DNA of 64,000 nucleotides from Acidimicrobiia bacterium (GCA_965215185.1 OZ244034.1:1408001-1472000), one strand, 5' to 3'; shown: positions 38,256 to 48,411, numbered from the stretch's first letter. Made by a program: numbers and translations. Notes: generated from the letters alone by a model not told the origin.

Positions 38256-39014
38256 GTGTCTTGCCCGGCAAAGAGTTCCCAGTCTCTTGGTCAGCGTCTT
38301 GGCGCTGGCCCCCTCCGGCAAGAGGTCGAATCTTTGGCAAACAAAAACCCTCCCACCCTTCACATACCCACGGTGTTCGTTGAAGGCCTCAGGGTCTTTT
38401 TCGAGCATCAGACAGCCCTTCTGGTCCGGTCCCTTTATCTGTTAGCCGTGCCGTCTGTGGTCCTGGTGGTGTGGCAAGCCAGCGAAGACACCCGCGACAG
38501 CAATCCTCTCTTCTTCTGGGTTTACCTGTTGATATGGTTCGGGAGCTTTGCCGTGGCCGGATATGCGGGCTGGCCGCTCGCCCGCACCGTCCTGGCAGCC
38601 GCTTCACCAGAAGCCGATCCCAGCCTCCACGGTGACGATTGGTGGGTGCGAGACGGATTCGTGCGAGCAACTGCGGTTTTCTCCTTCACTGTGGCGGTGG
38701 GAACGGTTTTCCTGGTGATTCCGGGGCTGATGGTGCTGATGATCTACACGTTTTATCCCTTCTTGATCGTGGAACGCAAGGCCAAAGGCTTTTCGGCGCT
38801 AGCCGCAAGCTCCGAGCTCACCACCGGGAACCGCATGCGACTTCTTGGTTTGGTGCTGATCCTCACGCTGCTTTTTGTCCCCGCCGGGTGGTTGTTCTAT
38901 CTGTGGGGTCCCGGCACGACGGGAATCGTCGCCATGTGGGCGTTGGGCGCTCCGGCACTGTCGGTGGCGGCGGCAACCATGGCATCGGCCTACCGGACGA
39001 TCCTTAACACTTAA
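38256..39014 (+). CDS. integral membrane protein of unknown function
   Basis: 5-6 TM segments; LVIPG...AL..S.ELT.G pattern; start uncertain. Confidence 0.7.
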   Translation: MSCPAKSSQSLGQRLGAGPLRQEVESLANKNPPTLHIPTVFVEGLRVFFEHQTALLVRSLYLLAVPSVVLVVWQASEDTRDSNPLFFWVYLLIWFGSFAVAGYAGWPLARTVLAAASPEADPSLHGDDWWVRDGFVRATAVFSFTVAVGTVFLVIPGLMVLMIYTFYPFLIVERKAKGFSALAASSELTTGNRMRLLGLVLILTLLFVPAGWLFYLWGPGTTGIVAMWALGAPALSVAAATMASAYRTILNT

Positions 39015-39022
39015 ATCAATTC

Positions 39023-39039
39023 AGCGCATTAGTTGCGCT
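39023..39039. promoter_or_regulatory. candidate operator palindrome upstream of the mannitol PTS operon
   Basis: AGCGCA-N5-TGCGCT in an AT-rich intergenic region. Confidence 0.45.
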
Positions 39040-39098
39040 AACCGGAGTCCATCCTCTATGGTTATGAGTGCATGCACCCTTATTTAGAAGGAGGAAAG

Positions 39099-40193
39099 AT
39101 GCTCGCACGTCTACAGAAGTTTGGTGGATTTATGGCGGGTATGGTCATTCCCAACATTGGGGCGTTTATCGCCTGGGGACTGATCACCGCCTTTTTCATT
39201 CCCACCGGATGGACTCCCAATGACACTATTTTGGAGCTCGTAGGTCCCATCATTGTCTTCCTGCTGCCAATCCTTATTGGGTACACAGGCGGCAAGATGG
39301 TTTACGGTCACCGGGGAGGCGTAATGGGATCCCTCGCCACCATGGGAATCATCATCGGAGCCGACTTCGTCTTGGAGAGCGGCGCCACCGGCGACCCACC
39401 CCAGTTCCTGGGCGCGATGGTGGTCGGTCCGGCGGCCGCCTGGCTGATCATGAAACTCGACGAAGCCATGGAAAACAAGATCCCGGTCGGATTCGAGATG
39501 CTGTACAACAACTTCTCGGCTGGCATCCTCGGCGCCATCCTGGCCATCATCGGCCAATGGATTATGGGGCCGATCATGGCTGGTATCGCCAATTTCTTCG
39601 GAAACCTGGTGGACTGGATCACCGACGCCGGAATCCTGCCTCTGGCTGACATACCCATTGAAGTTGGAAAGGTGTTGTTCCTGAACAATGCCATAAACCA
39701 CGGAATCTTGGGCCCATTGGGCGTGGATGAGGCTGCCGAAACCGGTCGCTCCATCTATTTCCTGCTGGAGACTAACCCCGGGCCCGGTCTTGGTTTGCTG
39801 TTGGCCTACTGGTTCGCCGGTAAGGGTCTGGCCAAGCTGTCCGCCCCCGGCGCCATTGTGATTCACTTCTTCGGTGGGATCCATGAGATCTATTTCCCTT
39901 ATATCCTCATGCATCCAATCATGATTCTGTCGGTCTGGGCCGGCGGCATCCTCGCCGACATCATCTTCGTGATATTCGATGCGGGATTAACTGCCACGCC
40001 TTCACCAGGCTCCATCTTCGCCTACCTGGCAGTGATGCCCAAGGGGCAACACTTCCCGGTCTTACTAGGAGTGGTAGCCGCAGCGGCCGCCGCCTTCGTA
40101 GTAGGAACCCTGCTATTGCGGATCTCCCCCGTCAAGGAGCAGGAGGGCATAGAAGACATGATCGGTACTATGCCAGGTGTCGCCACCGGCTAG
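39099..40193 (+). CDS. mtlA: PTS mannitol EIIC
   Basis: PNIGAFIAWG, FLNNAINHG, LETNPGPG, GGIHEIYFPY; AGAAGGAGG RBS. Confidence 0.95.
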   Translation: MLARLQKFGGFMAGMVIPNIGAFIAWGLITAFFIPTGWTPNDTILELVGPIIVFLLPILIGYTGGKMVYGHRGGVMGSLATMGIIIGADFVLESGATGDPPQFLGAMVVGPAAAWLIMKLDEAMENKIPVGFEMLYNNFSAGILGAILAIIGQWIMGPIMAGIANFFGNLVDWITDAGILPLADIPIEVGKVLFLNNAINHGILGPLGVDEAAETGRSIYFLLETNPGPGLGLLLAYWFAGKGLAKLSAPGAIVIHFFGGIHEIYFPYILMHPIMILSVWAGGILADIIFVIFDAGLTATPSPGSIFAYLAVMPKGQHFPVLLGVVAAAAAAFVVGTLLLRISPVKEQEGIEDMIGTMPGVATG

Positions 40194-40214
40194 AACCAAA
40201 CCAACACTCGTATA

Positions 40215-40251
40215 AAGTGGGGAGAGTCTCTTACCGAGACTCTCCCCACTT
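40215..40251 (+). other. perfect 16-bp-stem hairpin between EIIC and EIIB (mRNA stabiliser or attenuator)
   Basis: AAGTGGGGAGAGTCTC-ttacc-GAGACTCTCCCCACTT. Confidence 0.7.
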
Positions 40252-40276
40252 CCTTAACCGAAAGGCCTTCATAGAC

Positions 40277-40600
40277 ATGAGTCCAGTAACAAAACCCGCG
40301 GCGGAGGTCAACTGGATTGTTTTGGCTTGCGAAGCCGGGATGGGTTCCAGCCTCATGGTCACCAACGCCCTCAAGAAGAAAATCAAAAAGGCCAAACTCG
40401 ATATAAAGGTCAGCCATGCCCCGGTGCATGGCATACCGGACGCCGCCGATGTGGTGGTTACTCACACCGGTCTCGCCACCCGTGTCAAGCAGGTCGCCCC
40501 CCAAGCCGCCGTGGTCCCCTTCAGAACCTTCTTGAATGACCCCGCCCTGACCCAGTTGGTGAATGCGCTCTCCACCGGCCAGGATGTTGTAGGGATCTGA
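40277..40600 (+). CDS. PTS mannitol-type EIIB
   Basis: ACEAGMGSS phospho-Cys motif. Confidence 0.92.
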   Translation: MSPVTKPAAEVNWIVLACEAGMGSSLMVTNALKKKIKKAKLDIKVSHAPVHGIPDAADVVVTHTGLATRVKQVAPQAAVVPFRTFLNDPALTQLVNALSTGQDVVGI

Positions 40601-40607
40601 GCAGGTG

Positions 40608-41054
40608 ATGGCAGAGAGGTCAGTCACCTCGGTGGAAGCCATCACCCTGGGCGAGCAGGGGCTAACCCAAAAAGAGGCCATCGATCGAGTATCGGGCATG
40701 CTGTTCGACCTGGGAGCGGTAGAGGCTGGCTACGGAGCGTCAATGATGGCCCGCGAAGAGGTGATCTCCACCTACCTGGGCAACGGGATCGCTCTCCCCC
40801 ACTGCACCTACGAAGACAAAGACCTGATCAAACGCACCGCCCTGGTTCTGGCTCAGTACCCCGCCGGCATCCCTTGGGATGATGAGGACGACATAGCTCA
40901 TCTGGTGTTCGGACTGGCGGCGGTGGGCGAAGAGCATCTGGCGGTGATGTCTCATCTAGCTGAAGTGTTGGACGACGAGGATCTGTGCGATCGGCTGGCG
41001 GTGGCAACCGACGAAAACTATGTCCGGGAGACCCTGGCCGCCCCTCCGGAATGA
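40608..41054 (+). CDS. mtlF: PTS EIIA (Mtl/Fru type)
   Basis: RE..STYLGNGIALPH. Confidence 0.92.
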   Translation: MAERSVTSVEAITLGEQGLTQKEAIDRVSGMLFDLGAVEAGYGASMMAREEVISTYLGNGIALPHCTYEDKDLIKRTALVLAQYPAGIPWDDEDDIAHLVFGLAAVGEEHLAVMSHLAEVLDDEDLCDRLAVATDENYVRETLAAPPE

Positions 41055-42172
41055 CCAGACGGCGGGCGGCGGTATTCGGCGCCGGGAACATTGGACGGGG
41101 GCTGCTGGGGTGGTTGTTCGGCCGGGCAGGATGGGAAGTGGTTTTCGTAGATGTCTCTTCCGACTTGGTGGACCTCATAAACCAGGAGGGCTCCTACCAG
41201 GTATTTGAGGTGGGCACCGAGAGCCGATCAACCCAGTGGATTAGGGGCGTGAGCGCAGTTAACGGCATGTGCCCAGAAGCCGTTTCCGCCACTGCTGCGG
41301 CGGAGGTGGTGTGCACTGCGGTGGGAGCCGGAATACTGGGTCGGGTGGCGCCCACCATCGCCGCCGCTCTTTCTATGAGCACCAGCCAGATTCGCAACGT
41401 GTTGGCCTGCGAAAACGCCGATCCCAACAGCGCCCTGCTGCTGCGGCATGTGGAGGGCCTGATGGGCAAGCGCCCGGCCGGTGTGGGGTTCCCCGAGACG
41501 CTGGTCGACCGAATGGTGCCCGGCTCCACCGCAGCAGGGTTGCAAGTGGAGGTAGAGGCGCGTTTCGATTTCAAAGTGGCCAGAGAGGATTGGGTGGGAG
41601 ACGATCCAGGCGTGGTGGGAGTGGAGTTGGTTGACAGCTTGAGGCTCTTCCGGAAGAGAAAGCTATGGCTGGTGAACGGACTCCATGCCGCCGGAGCCTT
41701 CCTGGGTTGGCATGCGGGGCACGAAACGGTGGCCGAAGCGGTCTCCGATCCCGCTATCCGGCCGCGATTGGAACAAATAGCGGTCACAATGGCGGCGGTG
41801 CTCTTCGCGCAGTTGGAGGATTTGACCCAGGAGGAGTTGGCCGAGTACGGACTGTTCAACCTCCGACGGTTCGAGGACACCGCTTTGGTGGATCCCATCC
41901 GCCGAGTGGCGCGCAATCCCCTCCGCAAACTTGGCCCGACCGAGCGTCTGGTGGGTCCCGCCCGGGAAGCCGCGCGACATGGTCTTGCGGCTGACGCTCT
42001 GTGCGACGCCATTGTGGCCGGGCTCTCCCTCGATGACCAGCGGGTGGACGGGATGCAAGAGTTGCGAGACGCGTTGCGCTCCGGGGGGTGGCAGTCGGTG
42101 GTGGGGCTGGGCGAAGCGGACCACAAACTGCTGGAGATGCTGGAAAAACGTTTGGAGACCACGAAAAGCTGA
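41051..42172 (+). CDS. mtlD: mannitol-1-phosphate 5-dehydrogenase
   Basis: FGAGNIGRG, TAVG, ACEN, VDRMVP, RKLWLVNG.H, RVARNPLRKL. Confidence 0.93.
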   Translation: MTRRRAAVFGAGNIGRGLLGWLFGRAGWEVVFVDVSSDLVDLINQEGSYQVFEVGTESRSTQWIRGVSAVNGMCPEAVSATAAAEVVCTAVGAGILGRVAPTIAAALSMSTSQIRNVLACENADPNSALLLRHVEGLMGKRPAGVGFPETLVDRMVPGSTAAGLQVEVEARFDFKVAREDWVGDDPGVVGVELVDSLRLFRKRKLWLVNGLHAAGAFLGWHAGHETVAEAVSDPAIRPRLEQIAVTMAAVLFAQLEDLTQEELAEYGLFNLRRFEDTALVDPIRRVARNPLRKLGPTERLVGPAREAARHGLAADALCDAIVAGLSLDDQRVDGMQELRDALRSGGWQSVVGLGEADHKLLEMLEKRLETTKS

Positions 42173-42226
42173 GTTTTGGGCTTATATGATCGGGAGCAGC
42201 AAGTAATCCACAACGCAGGTGAAACT

Positions 42227-42526
42227 ATGGCCCGCATGACCCGCGACCAACTCCAACAGGCGATGATCGATAAGTTCTCTGCTGAGCCGGATCCCTCGGG
42301 TCAAGCCGACCTGATCTGCTCCAAGGGTTCTTTGGGCATCGCCGCCGACCACAAGCAGATCAAAAAGACGGTGAAACGCCTAAGACCTCTGATGACCTAT
42401 CGGTTCCTGGTCATTAACCGAGGCGACCTGTTCGCGGCCAGCCCCGCCACCATCGGCACCAAAATCGGCATCCTCGACGCCAACGGATCGCTCCTGAAAG
42501 CAGCCGACCTCCCCCGCAAACGCTAA
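42227..42526 (+). CDS. small hypothetical protein
   Basis: 99 aa ORF, GC3-rich codons, AGGTG RBS. Confidence 0.7.
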   Translation: MARMTRDQLQQAMIDKFSAEPDPSGQADLICSKGSLGIAADHKQIKKTVKRLRPLMTYRFLVINRGDLFAASPATIGTKIGILDANGSLLKAADLPRKR

Positions 42527-42778
42527 GAAGCCACCGATAGCGGAGGGCGGGTCTCAGGTAATACCTGATTGGAGCGTCCGGAGATCCAATCGGGCAGTTT
42601 GCCCCTTTCGGCCTGGACATCGGCGGACTGACCACCTCGATTTTCCAAGTGTGGAGCACCTGGTAGGCATAGCTCACGGTGATCGAGTTATGCGGTGGAC
42701 GGTTTCCAAAGATCTGCTTGAGCTTGCATCAGCCAGCGGAGGAACTCACGCTCCGGCCCCCGGTTAGCATCACCAAGG

Positions 42779-43612
42779 TTGATGAACACTGATACCAGGG
42801 GTGTAGCAGAATCCCTATCCAGACTGGCTGCGAACTCCGACTTGAAAAGGGCTTTGGAAGCGGCTCGCGCGGGAGCCGAGGTAGTGGCTGGCGGACTGGG
42901 GCAGCAGATAGACGTTTCTTACAAGGGCGATGCCGACCCGGTTACCGAGGTCGACCATTGCTCCGAACAGGCAATCCTGGAAGTGTTGGCCCGACACTTC
43001 CCCGATGACCGGGTGGTGCGGGAAGAGGGAGGAGGAGAGCTTCCCGACGGGGGGCGGGTGTGGTTGGTGGATCCTTTAGACGGCACCACCAATTTCGTTC
43101 ACGGGTTCCCCTGGGCGGGGGTGTCGGTAGCTCTTTGGATCGATAATGTCCCCTCGGTGGGGGTGGTGATTGATGTCAATACCGGAGACGAGTACACGGC
43201 GGTGGCCGGAGGAGGCGCCCGACGAAACGGATCGCCCATCGGGGTGAGCGGCACGGCGGATCTGGGAGAAGCGTTGATCGTCACCGGGTTCCCTTACGAC
43301 AGAGCCGAGCGAATCGAAATCTGTGACAGCCGGTTCCGGCGGGTGCTTGCCGCGTCGCAGGGCACCCGGCGGCTGGGGGCGGCGTCGCTCGATATGTGCA
43401 TGGTGGCCTGCGGGAAGCTGGACGGTTACTGGGAAGAAGACCTGTTGCCCTGGGACTTGGGAGCGGGTGTGCTGATAGTCCAGGAGGCCGGCGGGACGGT
43501 CACCAACTTCTCCGGTCAGCCGGTCGATCCTGCCGGGTTATTCGTTGTGGCCAGCAATGGGGCGATCCACGGCCGGTTCTTGGAAACGCTTCGAGGCGAG
43601 TCCATTCCCTGA
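42779..43612 (+). CDS. inositol monophosphatase family protein (SuhB-like)
   Basis: W.VDPLDGTTNF, RRLGAASLD, PWDLGAG. Confidence 0.93.
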   Translation: MMNTDTRGVAESLSRLAANSDLKRALEAARAGAEVVAGGLGQQIDVSYKGDADPVTEVDHCSEQAILEVLARHFPDDRVVREEGGGELPDGGRVWLVDPLDGTTNFVHGFPWAGVSVALWIDNVPSVGVVIDVNTGDEYTAVAGGGARRNGSPIGVSGTADLGEALIVTGFPYDRAERIEICDSRFRRVLAASQGTRRLGAASLDMCMVACGKLDGYWEEDLLPWDLGAGVLIVQEAGGTVTNFSGQPVDPAGLFVVASNGAIHGRFLETLRGESIP

Positions 43613-44901
43613 TGCTTCACCGGCGCCTTCAAGACCTCGAAAACAGCGGCGGCAAGATCCGGGTGGGACTGGTGGGCGCCGGGCAGATGGGAGAGGGGCT
43701 GGCGGTGGTCTTGGAGCAAATGTCCGGCATGGAAGCCAGTGTGGTGGTGGATGCCATGCCGGGCCGGGCAATGGAAGCGTTGCGGTCAGCAGGAGTGCCC
43801 CTTTCCGATGTGGTGGAGACCGACGACCCGGACCGGGCGGTCTCGGCTCTCTCCGACGGGCGGCGGGTGGCCACTTCCAACGTTCGGTTGGCTTGGTGTG
43901 AGCCGATGGATGTCGCGGTGGAGGCGACCGGGATTCCCGAAGTGGGCGCTTGGGTGGCGCGTGGCGCCATCGAAGCCGGAAAACACGTTCTTCAGATGAA
44001 CGTGGAGACCGACGCCACGGTGGGATACGTCCTGCGCCAAATGGCGGAGGAGGCCGGGGTGGTCTACACCCTGACCGGAGGTGACGAGCCGGGGGCGATA
44101 ATGGAGTTGTACGACTTCGTGGCCAGTCTGGGCTTGGAAGTGGTGAGCGCTGGCAAGGGCAAGAACAACCGGCTGGATCGAACGGCCACACCCGAGACGG
44201 TGGCAGAGCTTGCCCGAAAGCGACGTATGAACCCAAAAATGCTCGCCTCGTTCGTGGACGGCACCAAAACCATGGTGGAGATGACCTCACTGGCCAACGG
44301 GATCGGTTTCGTCCCTGACGTGCGGGGCATGCACGGTCCGGAAGTCAGTGTCGAGACCATCGCATCCACCTACATCCCGGTATCCGACGGCGGGGTGCTT
44401 TCCGGGCGGCGCCGGGTGGACTACGGACGGGGAATCGCCCCGGGAGTCTTCGTGGTGTTCACCACCGACCACCCCAAGCTGATCCGCGACCTCGGCTATC
44501 TCTCTATGGGACCGGGGCCCTACTACGCCCTCTACCGTCCCTATCACCTGGCCAACATCGAGACTCCCATCTCCATCGCCCGGGCGGTGCTGTTGGCCGA
44601 GACCACCCTGGCCACCGATCATCCTCCCACCGCAGAAACGGTTGCCTTCGCCAAACGACATCTAGCGGTTGGAGAGACCATCGCTGATCTGGGTGGCTAC
44701 CGTGTTTATGGCATGATCGAAAGGGCAAAGACCGCGGCCGCCGAGCGGTTCTTGCCGGTGGGCCTGGCGCCGGGCGCGGTAGTTGTCTCTGCGGTGAGGG
44801 CCGGTGACCCTCTTACCTACCGTGATGTGGAATTGGACGAATCTTCGAATATCGTTTCACTGCGCCGCCTCCAGGATTCACTCACCGAGGTGCTGTCATG
44901 A
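43612..44901 (+). CDS. NAD(P)-dependent oxidoreductase with C-terminal SAF domain (COG4091-like)
   Basis: GAGQMG, EATG, NVETD, GDEPG, SFVDGTK, RPYHL, SAF-like tail. Confidence 0.88.
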   Translation: MLHRRLQDLENSGGKIRVGLVGAGQMGEGLAVVLEQMSGMEASVVVDAMPGRAMEALRSAGVPLSDVVETDDPDRAVSALSDGRRVATSNVRLAWCEPMDVAVEATGIPEVGAWVARGAIEAGKHVLQMNVETDATVGYVLRQMAEEAGVVYTLTGGDEPGAIMELYDFVASLGLEVVSAGKGKNNRLDRTATPETVAELARKRRMNPKMLASFVDGTKTMVEMTSLANGIGFVPDVRGMHGPEVSVETIASTYIPVSDGGVLSGRRRVDYGRGIAPGVFVVFTTDHPKLIRDLGYLSMGPGPYYALYRPYHLANIETPISIARAVLLAETTLATDHPPTAETVAFAKRHLAVGETIADLGGYRVYGMIERAKTAAAERFLPVGLAPGAVVVSAVRAGDPLTYRDVELDESSNIVSLRRLQDSLTEVLS

Positions 44902-46880
44902 TTGAGCGGACCGGAATCGGGGCTTCGCCGGGAATCGCCATCGGTCCCGTCTATCTGCATTCCCCAAGCGTCCCCGATGTCACTGCCCGCCGGGTGGATA
45001 ACCCCGACGCCGAGGTTGAAAAACTCATCCGCAGCGAGGAGATCGTCCGGGAGAGGCTGATTGGTCTCCAGCAACTGCACGGCGAGGAATCCGAAGAGGC
45101 GGAAGTCATCGGAGCGCACCTTCTCTTGTTGGAAGACCCCGAGTTCACCGGCGAAATGCGCATGCTCATCGAGTCGGACTCGCTGTGCGCCGAAGCGGCC
45201 GCTTTGCGGGTCACCGAGGAGTCGGCGGTCATGCTGGAATCTTTGGAGGACGAATACCTGGCGGCCCGCGCTGCCGATGTCCGCGATGTGGGCACGCAGC
45301 TTCTGAAATCCATTCTGGGGCTTCCCCTGGAGATCTGGGATCATTTGAAGGTCCCCTCCGTGCTGGTGGCGTCGGACTTCTTCCCCTCCGAGACGGCCAC
45401 CATTCCACCGGGGATGGCGCTCGGGCTGTGCACCGAGGAGGGAAGCGCCACCTCTCACATCGCAGTGTTTGCCCGAGGCATGGCGCTGCCCGCGGTGGTA
45501 GGGGTTGACCTGCCGGACCTGGAGCCCGGAGCTTTGGTGGCTTTCGACGGCGACACGGGGGCAGTCTATATCGAGCCTACCCAGGAGGTGATCGACCAGC
45601 TCCTAAGTCAACAGGAAGCGCAGCGGCGGAAAAGGGAGGGTGCGGCTGTGCGCGCTCACGAACCGGCCGTTACCAGGGACGGGACACGGATCGAGGTGGC
45701 CGCCAATATCGGCTCGGACGAAGACACCACCCGGGCAGTGGGGCTGGGCGCCGAGGGGGTGGGGCTGTTCCGCACCGAGTTCTTGTTCCTCGACAGGACC
45801 CGTCCTATCTCTGAGGAGGAGCAGTTCGAGGCCTACCGGTCGGTGCTGTCGGCCTTCGGGGACCAATTGGTGGTGGTGCGTACCCTGGATGTTGGGGGAG
45901 ACAAACAGGTTCCGGGCATCGAGATAGGAGCAGAACTCAACCCTTTCCTGGGTTTGCGGGGGATCCGACTGACCCTGGCCCGCCCCGAGATGATGCACGA
46001 ACAGTTGCGGGCGCTGCTCCGAGCGGGAACCTCTGGACGGCTGGGGATAATGGCGCCCATGGTTTCGGGAAGAGTCGAACTAATGGCTTTTAGAGCAGCC
46101 CTGAAGGAGGCCGAACGGTCATTGGCCGCCGACGGCTTGGAGCACGCCACCGACTATCAGGTGGGGATCATGATCGAGATACCCTCGGCAGCCTTGCTCG
46201 CCTCCCGGCTAGCCGCCCACATCGATTTCTTCTCCATCGGGACCAATGACCTCACCCAGTACACACTGGCGGTTGACCGAACCAACCGGGAAGTCGCCGA
46301 TCTGGCTAATCCTTTCGATCCCGCCGTGCTCCGTCTTATCGCCGAAACCACCTCGGCGGCGGCGTCCCACCAACGCTGGGTAGGGGTTTGCGGGGCCATG
46401 GCCGGCGATCCCCTGGCGGTCCCCGTGCTGATCGGGTTGGGGGTCACCGAGTTGTCGGTAGCCATTCCCTCCGTTCCCATCATCAAGGAAAGGATCCGCT
46501 CCCTGGACATGGACAGTTGTCGAAAAGTGGCGGCCCAATGCCTGGAGGCCGCCGACGCAGCAGAGGTGCGAGAACTGTTGGCCGGGATGTGGGCGACCTC
46601 TCGCCGGGCTCATTTACGGGCGGTGGTCCGGGGACGGGTACATGGCGTTGGGTACCGGTGGGCGGTAGTCACCCAAGCCAGGGATCTAAGGATTTCCGGG
46701 CGTGTCTCCAACCAGGAGGACGGTACCGTGCTGGTGGTGGCCGAAGGCCGCAGAGGGCAGCTGGAAGAGTTTGCCGACTGGCTCTCTCGGGGACCCAGCC
46801 ACGCCGTGGTCACCAGGGTGGAGTTGGAGTGGTCCCAGCCTCGGGGCCATTGGCAGGACTTCGCCATAGACCACCTCTGA
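44898..46880 (+). CDS. ptsI: PTS Enzyme I fused to C-terminal acylphosphatase domain
   Basis: TSH phospho-His, GLFRTEFLF, LNPFLGLRG, GTNDLTQY; last ~90 aa GRVHGVGYR..GRVSN..DGTV..EG..GP. Confidence 0.92.
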   Translation: MIERTGIGASPGIAIGPVYLHSPSVPDVTARRVDNPDAEVEKLIRSEEIVRERLIGLQQLHGEESEEAEVIGAHLLLLEDPEFTGEMRMLIESDSLCAEAAALRVTEESAVMLESLEDEYLAARAADVRDVGTQLLKSILGLPLEIWDHLKVPSVLVASDFFPSETATIPPGMALGLCTEEGSATSHIAVFARGMALPAVVGVDLPDLEPGALVAFDGDTGAVYIEPTQEVIDQLLSQQEAQRRKREGAAVRAHEPAVTRDGTRIEVAANIGSDEDTTRAVGLGAEGVGLFRTEFLFLDRTRPISEEEQFEAYRSVLSAFGDQLVVVRTLDVGGDKQVPGIEIGAELNPFLGLRGIRLTLARPEMMHEQLRALLRAGTSGRLGIMAPMVSGRVELMAFRAALKEAERSLAADGLEHATDYQVGIMIEIPSAALLASRLAAHIDFFSIGTNDLTQYTLAVDRTNREVADLANPFDPAVLRLIAETTSAAASHQRWVGVCGAMAGDPLAVPVLIGLGVTELSVAIPSVPIIKERIRSLDMDSCRKVAAQCLEAADAAEVRELLAGMWATSRRAHLRAVVRGRVHGVGYRWAVVTQARDLRISGRVSNQEDGTVLVVAEGRRGQLEEFADWLSRGPSHAVVTRVELEWSQPRGHWQDFAIDHL

Positions 46881-46931
46881 GGCTCGTGAGGTCCCGATAA
46901 GGGTTGTTGTTTCCTGACGAAAGCAGGGGAC

Positions 46932-48035
46932 TCAATCCGGTGCAATGGGGAGTTTCAACCGTTTGGACATTCGCGGTGTTCGGGTGCCGGTTCTGGTCAG
47001 CAATACATTTGCTGCGGCCACGGTCAGGGCTCCTGCCACCAGGAGATCGAGCCGCGCAACCGTGATTTCGGTAAACATACCCAACCATATGAGGCCCACC
47101 ACCGGCGACACGTAGATGAGGGCATTGATCCCCAGATCGGGTGTTATCAGCACGGCCCTGCGGGAAAGCAACGCCCCGGGGACCAAGCTGACCCCGACAG
47201 CCACCGACCAAGCGACGGACTCCAGTGTGATTCGGCCTCCACCGGCAAACCCGATTAACACGTTGGGAATGACGGAGATCAGTGCCGAAACGGTGTATCC
47301 GAACAACAGACACGCGAACTCCAAACTGTACCTGTCCATGCGGATGTCGGCTTTGCGGGTGATTTCAGTTGCGAGACTGTCACCAAATGGAAAGCCCGCA
47401 CCTACGGTGCAGGCTATGAGAAGGGCTGATATGAGAGCCAGGATCATCCCGAATACCCTGGCGGCCAGTGTCGCCTCGACGGGTTGCAGACCAAGAGTTC
47501 CCACCACCACCGCCGCCATTCCCAGGAATGCCAAGCCCAAACCTGTCCACGAGAGGGCGGTGAATCGCCGGTACCTCTTTCGGTTGGTTCGGTCCCATCT
47601 GGAAAGCCCCAGTACGAAGAAGACGGGCCAGGTATAGTGCAACATCGCCACTGTGGCGGTCTCCACATACTGGGTGGCCCAAGGGAAAAACGCGAACGCG
47701 AACCGTCCCACCACCATCAGCAGCAGCATTCCCAACAGGTCCCATCTGCGAACGCCATCGGTCTTCAACCCCGCGACCCGTCTGAAGAGCACCCTTCGAA
47801 TGGCGGGATCAGCAAAGATCGGCCTGTAAAACAGTAACGAGAAACCTCCCAGACCCAGTGCCGTTCCCATCCACACTCCGGCGTTGTAAAGGAAGGGATG
47901 ATTGTCTGCGAGGGTCAACTCCACAAAGACAGCATTGGTGGAGAAGAACATCACCGCGCCCGCCATCAACGCCAACGCCCGGCGATGGCTACTAGTCACT
48001 GCCGGACTACGGTCTATTGCGGTTCCTTTGCGCAA
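46932..48035 (-). CDS. EamA/DMT family transporter
   Basis: About 10 TM segments, two-repeat architecture. Confidence 0.8.
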   Translation of the reverse strand: MRKGTAIDRSPAVTSSHRRALALMAGAVMFFSTNAVFVELTLADNHPFLYNAGVWMGTALGLGGFSLLFYRPIFADPAIRRVLFRRVAGLKTDGVRRWDLLGMLLLMVVGRFAFAFFPWATQYVETATVAMLHYTWPVFFVLGLSRWDRTNRKRYRRFTALSWTGLGLAFLGMAAVVVGTLGLQPVEATLAARVFGMILALISALLIACTVGAGFPFGDSLATEITRKADIRMDRYSLEFACLLFGYTVSALISVIPNVLIGFAGGGRITLESVAWSVAVGVSLVPGALLSRRAVLITPDLGINALIYVSPVVGLIWLGMFTEITVARLDLLVAGALTVAAANVLLTRTGTRTPRMSKRLKLPIAPD

Positions 48036-48133
48036 ACCCGGTCAGGACTTCTTTCCTTCCAGGGGTTCGGCTTGGAGCACAATGGCGGGGGCAGGTTTCC
48101 TGGGGAGGCGCCGCCACCTTGTGAATTAGCGTC

Positions 48134-48388
48134 TCAACCCTCCACGGAAAGAAGATCGGTAAAATCGGAGATGACTTCGGCAGCGTCGTCGCCATCCACT
48201 TCGACCGAGATGGTGGTTCCCTGAGTGGCGCCAAGTTTGAGTATCCCGAGCATGCTTTTGGCGTTCCCGGTCTTGTCGTTGGCGGTTACTGTGATATTCG
48301 AAGAAGAGGCCTTGGCGCGCTTGACGAATTCGGCCGCGGGCCGGGCATGAAGTCCAGCTGGGTTGGTGATGGTGATCTCTATTTGCAT
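48134..48388 (-). CDS. ptsH: phosphocarrier protein HPr
   Basis: GLHARPA, NAKSML. Confidence 0.96.
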   Translation of the reverse strand: MQIEITITNPAGLHARPAAEFVKRAKASSSNITVTANDKTGNAKSMLGILKLGATQGTTISVEVDGDDAAEVISDFTDLLSVEG

Positions 48389-48411
48389 CTCTTGTTCTCC
48401 AGCTGGGGCGT

